A stretch of DNA of 63,994 nt, the filler included, from Stramenopiles sp. TOSAG23-2 (Eukaryota), in NCBI GenBank assembly GCA_900128395.1. It is 14 parts of 14 records of this genome, joined end to end, with 100 filler letters (N's around TTAATTAATTAA, not from the genome) between each part and the next. Parts side by side here need not be neighbours in the genome. Positions count along the whole stretch, not along the records: positions 59,594 to 63,994 come from LT650907.1; 13 more parts are not named here. The stretch is one strand, 5' to 3'. Position numbers and translations under genes: made by a program. The notes beneath the pieces are model-generated. The model did not search any database. It was not told where the DNA came from and saw only the letters and a program-made list of their open reading frames with translations. Positions 59,594-63,994 of this stretch are shown piece after piece (the first letter of the stretch is position 1; each line of letters begins with the position of its first letter).

Positions 59594-61696
59594 ATTGACG
59601 AAGTTATCTCTGTTAGAGTTTCAGACCCAACTGGTGCTATTGCCCTTGATGGAGTAAATTCTGAACCAATATGTGAAGTAACAATTCTGGACGATGGAGA
59701 TGCCGGAACTATTACTTTTCAAGATCTTTACTTTGAAGCATATGAAAATGCAACGCATTCTGCTGCCATATCAACAGTGCAAACAAAAAGAACTTCAAAC
59801 CAAAAACGGTTTGGGATATATTTTCTGTTGTCTGGTATGTATGTGATTCTAGCCGGGGGATTTGCTATTATCCCTGTCCCAAAGAAAGAGAAGAAAGGCA
59901 TTTTTAGCAAGACTGTGTGGCAGCGTACACATTTTTTCCTAACCAAAACGGCCTTTATATTTGTTCAGAGTATGATCGTCATATTCACAAGACTCCCATT
60001 TTACAAAGAAAATGTTTTTGTATGTACGGTACTTATTGCAATGTTTCAAGGTCTTGTTACAAGGCAAATTGCCAAATTGCTACCAGATACATTGTATTTA
60101 ACATCATTTATGATGGTAAAAAATATCGTCAGTAAAACTTGTAGTCTTGGTGTCGCTACATTCCTAGAGTTTATGATAACTTACTGTACTCAACTTGTAA
60201 ACGGTATTTTAACTCGAGCATTGATGCCAATTGTAAAAAGGTACCAAGCAGCTTTTAGCAATATGGTTGCAAATTCACGATGGTTCCGCCGTAAAAGATT
60301 AAACTTTTTAAGTATGGTATCTGCTAGCAGCGCTGAAAAATATGAGCGTGGTTTAAGATCTGGGGGTCTTAAAACAAGGAAAGCATATCAAGCAGCACAG
60401 ATTTTGCAAAAGGAAATGGCTGTCAATGATCTCTACAAAAACGCTATTCAATTCGTAGCAGCAATGTTTTCACCATTTTTCACATTATTTATTTATTTAT
60501 TTTCGAAAGAATTGGGAATTACAACATCATTTGGCCAGCGGGATTTAATATTTTACATCATGTTCGGTCTTGTTATGTTATTGTTTCAATTCCTTTTTGA
60601 TCTATTAGTACAAAATTATGTTGAAATGCGCTACGGTTGGAAGCTAAATATGTATCTAAAAAAGGCAAATGAAATTTTTGAAAATCGCCCAAAAGCATGG
60701 ATATTAAAATGCCCAGAACCGATCGGAAGTAAGGAAATCGGTAAAAAATTTAGAAGTATTGACCGTATGTGTTTCAGCTCCCAATTTTATTTCGTCGCTG
60801 CGCATATTACCTTTGGATGTCTATTAAGTGTTTATGGTTTGATGGTAATTCTCAGCTCCAATTACGAAATATTTAAAGATGATGCGCTTCCGTTTTTAGC
60901 TGCTTATACTTTAGCATTATGTTATGCAGCGGAAGTAATTGCAATGAAGACCGCGAAGTGGTATAGAATGTGGTTTCAACAAGGAAAAGAAGAATTGGAG
61001 GAGTTGAAAGAGATCGAAAACCAAAGAAAAAAAAGGAGAGGCAAGAGTCAAGTTGCATCACTTGCAAAAAAAGATGTAAAAGTTGCTGATAATGATGAAT
61101 CGTCTGCATTTGTGAAAAACAAAACATTAACTATGTTGGTAGACGATAATGTGTTAGATGCGTTCAGAAATGATATAGAAGCCGTATATGGGCTACCAAC
61201 TGGGCTTACTCCAACTGAAATGGCAATGCGTATTAATGAAAAAGGTAATATTATAAAGAATGCATTGAAAACGAGAACAACACAACTTGAATCCACAACT
61301 GAGGTTACTGATGTCAAAGGTTTGCAAAGCTTTGAGGCAAGATACGAGGAGAAATCAAATACTACTTCCATCAATAAAACTGTTGACAATGTAAATTATA
61401 TGTCATTCGAAGACCCAAAGAAAATTGTTAAAGGAAGAGGTGTTAGAGATCAAACAAAAGGTGGAGTGAAATCATCCCGCCGAGGAAGTGTACAATGGGA
61501 TAACATGGAAACTTTAAAAGATAGTCAATTGAAATCCAATGATGTCGATCTCGATTTCAATGATCATGCTAACATACATAGCAGTGAATCGAATCCAACT
61601 CAACAATTGTCTTCATGGGTACCGCAAGAATTTTATGATGTTCGATTTATATATGGAAAGCCAAGAAATATATCAAAAGGACGTGGTGGAAAGTGA
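59594..61696 (+). CDS. Multi-pass membrane protein with N-terminal Calx-beta fragment (5' truncated)
   Basis: In-frame extension from 59594: DEVISVRVSDPTG..CEVTILDDGDAGTITFQ..YEN (Calx-beta). Many TM helices; RSIDRMCFSSQFYF. Confidence 0.65.
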   Translation: MDEVISVRVSDPTGAIALDGVNSEPICEVTILDDGDAGTITFQDLYFEAYENATHSAAISTVQTKRTSNQKRFGIYFLLSGMYVILAGGFAIIPVPKKEKKGIFSKTVWQRTHFFLTKTAFIFVQSMIVIFTRLPFYKENVFVCTVLIAMFQGLVTRQIAKLLPDTLYLTSFMMVKNIVSKTCSLGVATFLEFMITYCTQLVNGILTRALMPIVKRYQAAFSNMVANSRWFRRKRLNFLSMVSASSAEKYERGLRSGGLKTRKAYQAAQILQKEMAVNDLYKNAIQFVAAMFSPFFTLFIYLFSKELGITTSFGQRDLIFYIMFGLVMLLFQFLFDLLVQNYVEMRYGWKLNMYLKKANEIFENRPKAWILKCPEPIGSKEIGKKFRSIDRMCFSSQFYFVAAHITFGCLLSVYGLMVILSSNYEIFKDDALPFLAAYTLALCYAAEVIAMKTAKWYRMWFQQGKEELEELKEIENQRKKRRGKSQVASLAKKDVKVADNDESSAFVKNKTLTMLVDDNVLDAFRNDIEAVYGLPTGLTPTEMAMRINEKGNIIKNALKTRTTQLESTTEVTDVKGLQSFEARYEEKSNTTSINKTVDNVNYMSFEDPKKIVKGRGVRDQTKGGVKSSRRGSVQWDNMETLKDSQLKSNDVDLDFNDHANIHSSESNPTQQLSSWVPQEFYDVRFIYGKPRNISKGRGGK

Positions 61697-62080
61697 TGAA
61701 CCATTAAAATTCAAATGTATGTGTATGTGTACGTAAATAAAATTGTGACACGGTAAAATATAAAAATATATTTTTTTATTTTTTATTTTACGTAATATAC
61801 ATATTGTATAAATATACGAACGTAACATTTAGTGCTGTACGTACGGTTCGTAAAATAATAAAAGTACTCTATCATATGATATGATATTATGGTCAAATAA
61901 AAAAAAGAAAATATGAACATTTATTTAAATATTAAAGTACTCGCTCTTTAAACAAATCACGTGTTCTCCACATTTCAAACACCACATATCTAAAACACAT
62001 ATATAATATGAATTTTCTTTCTTTTGTATGTATATTTTATATATATTATATTACTTATTATTATATTTTCCCCTGCAATT

Positions 62081-62674
62081 TTACATGAAACCACCTGCTG
62101 CTAATACTTCGTTAGGGCCTAAAGCTGCTTGTGCTTTTGCAAACTTTGCTGCACTTGCTTTCTTTGCTGCATAAAATTCAGCTGATTTTGCTTTTCTGGT
62201 TGCTTCTAATCTCTTAACAAGATCAGCATACTTCCATCCGTTTGCACCTGCCATCTCTCCGATAACAGTCCATCTGCGGTGTGGACGTAAACGATTCACT
62301 CTCAATGCATCTGGGATAACCATACGCTTCATAGTATCAAATGGGGCTGGGATACCATCGAAACATTTTAACCTTTGTAAAGCTAATGCTCCACGTTGAG
62401 TTTTGTGTGGGATCATACCACGGATAGTGCGGAAAACAATGCGGGATGGTGCACGATGATGGAATGGACCCCATTTTGGGTTGGTGTTTGTACGTTTTCT
62501 CATGAATCTTGCCCATTTCATTTGGTTTCTTACTGCACTTCCACTAACAACAACTTGTTCAGCACGTACAACAACAACTTGTTGACCAGATAAAAGTTGT
62601 TTTGCTACAATGGATGCCATACGTCCAAGCATATGATCACGTCCGTCAACTACTACAATTTTTTGGAAAGTCAT
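62081..62674 (-). CDS. RPL13A: 60S ribosomal protein L13a (uL13)
   Basis: [41 protein letters not shown]. Confidence 0.98.
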   Translation of the reverse strand: MTFQKIVVVDGRDHMLGRMASIVAKQLLSGQQVVVVRAEQVVVSGSAVRNQMKWARFMRKRTNTNPKWGPFHHRAPSRIVFRTIRGMIPHKTQRGALALQRLKCFDGIPAPFDTMKRMVIPDALRVNRLRPHRRWTVIGEMAGANGWKYADLVKRLEATRKAKSAEFYAAKKASAAKFAKAQAALGPNEVLAAGGFM

Positions 62675-63994
62675 ATTTTATAATTATATTTGTCACTTCT
62701 TAATGATTTATATGTATACTGTTTATAATGAATGTATATATATATATATATTACATATAAGTGTGAAATAGAATCTGTAATTACTTTCTATTGATCGTAG
62801 CGTACTATTTGTATGAAATATATATCTATCTTCCTAATAATATAATAAATAATAATAACACCACAACAACCAAAGAAAAAAGGTAGGTAGTAGTAGGTGC
62901 GGTGGTAGCATGGAGATAGCACCATCATTGTTGTAAATATATTAACAACTACATTCAGGAGCAGAAAAACGATTGGTGGTGGTGGTGGCTCCTAATGCTA
63001 TACCATTGTAAATACCTTTCTTTATTGCACGAATGTCTTTTCCTTTATAGTACCTCCGTGGAACGATCTTCCTATCAAATAATAGTATATAGATGGTAAT
63101 AATAAGTACAATGTATTAGTATTCTCCCGTAAAATAAATTAGGTGTACCTGGTGTACACAGTACACACTGTTAGCTAAATTTATATAGCGTGAAAAAGAA
63201 AAAGCAAAACAAGTCTATACTAAGTTGTATTGTACATATCCCTATACATTGTGCCTGTTCAACCAGGCATGCTAATGCTAAGACCAGCCTAGAACGAGGA
63301 AGTATGCTGGTATGTGGTATGCACACTAATGGTAGTAGCTGTGCCTATACAAAGACTACTGTGGCACTACACAGAATACTTCCTTATTGTAAGTTCTAAA
63401 TTTATGAATTTATTCTTTTCTCGTCTTCACAATGCTACAGTATGTGCTGGTAGCTCTGCAGGCAAGCCACAAGAGCAAGGCAGGTGTGAAGGTGAGATAA
63501 TGAAGGTGCTGTGCACCTGATGTGAGAGCTTCTTTACCTCAATATTATTCTTTTCATTGTCGAAAATAAGTTCAAAATAAGGAAATCCTGGAAATCCCTA
63601 GTCGGAACACACGACGCTCACAGCAGGGGAGCTAGGAAATCCCTGAAAATGAATTAATCCCCACAAAGATACACTTTTATCCAAATTAATAAAGAAGCAT
63701 AGCTTTATCATATAATATGTACATATATATGATGCTTTCTTGTCGTTAGTAGATATATACAATATTATATATACACATAACAAATACATATAAGTTTAGA
63801 TTAGATTTATTTATTGTGTTGCAGATTTCAGACAAAAAAGTAAAAACACAGCTTAGAAAGAAAAGAAAACAAACGTTGTTTTTTTCTTTTTTTTTTCTTT
63901 ATATATATATATTTCAGATAAGAAGTTTTAATTATATTATTTGCTGGTAATATAGTAATTTATTATTTTATATTAATAATAAATAATTTAATTT

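Noticed and set aside
63140..63660. Short palindromes, GGAAATCCC repeats and small ORFs upstream of RPL13A
   Set aside because: Too short and unpatterned to distinguish from chance.

Overview
This window is not one locus. It is 14 short eukaryotic contigs (about 4.46-4.51 kb, sorted by decreasing length) joined by artificial 100-nt N/TTAATTAATTAA linkers, so adjacency across linkers means nothing. The DNA is AT-rich and gene-dense, with short GT-AG introns, CTAAC branch points and poly-Asn tracts. Ciliary-type genes suggest a flagellated protist (possibly a stramenopile; inference). Recognisable genes: ECD, PET117, RPS27, MCCC1, GTF3C3, ERH, RPL13A, MFS/SLC37 and SLC13 transporters, a ceramide synthase, a 2OG-Fe(II) oxygenase, an EcKinase, and ankyrin, TPR, WW and IQ proteins. 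Inversions, a whole-contig palindrome and ~120-bp tandem duplications point to a whole-genome-amplified (single-cell) assembly. The main discovery is missing from the ORF track because it runs off the left edge: a 742+ codon minus-strand gene (2227 to <1) that I translated by hand. It encodes a Legionella SidE/DupA-type phosphodiesterase domain, then an R-S-ExE mono-ADP-ribosyltransferase, then leucine-rich repeats. This is the PDE+mART pair that performs E1/E2-independent phosphoribosyl ubiquitination in Legionella, here in a host-like eukaryotic gene. Secondary highlights are a zinc finger-ubiquitin(LRLRGG)-glycosyltransferase-like fusion and an identical 50-bp double hairpin upstream of genes on two different contigs.
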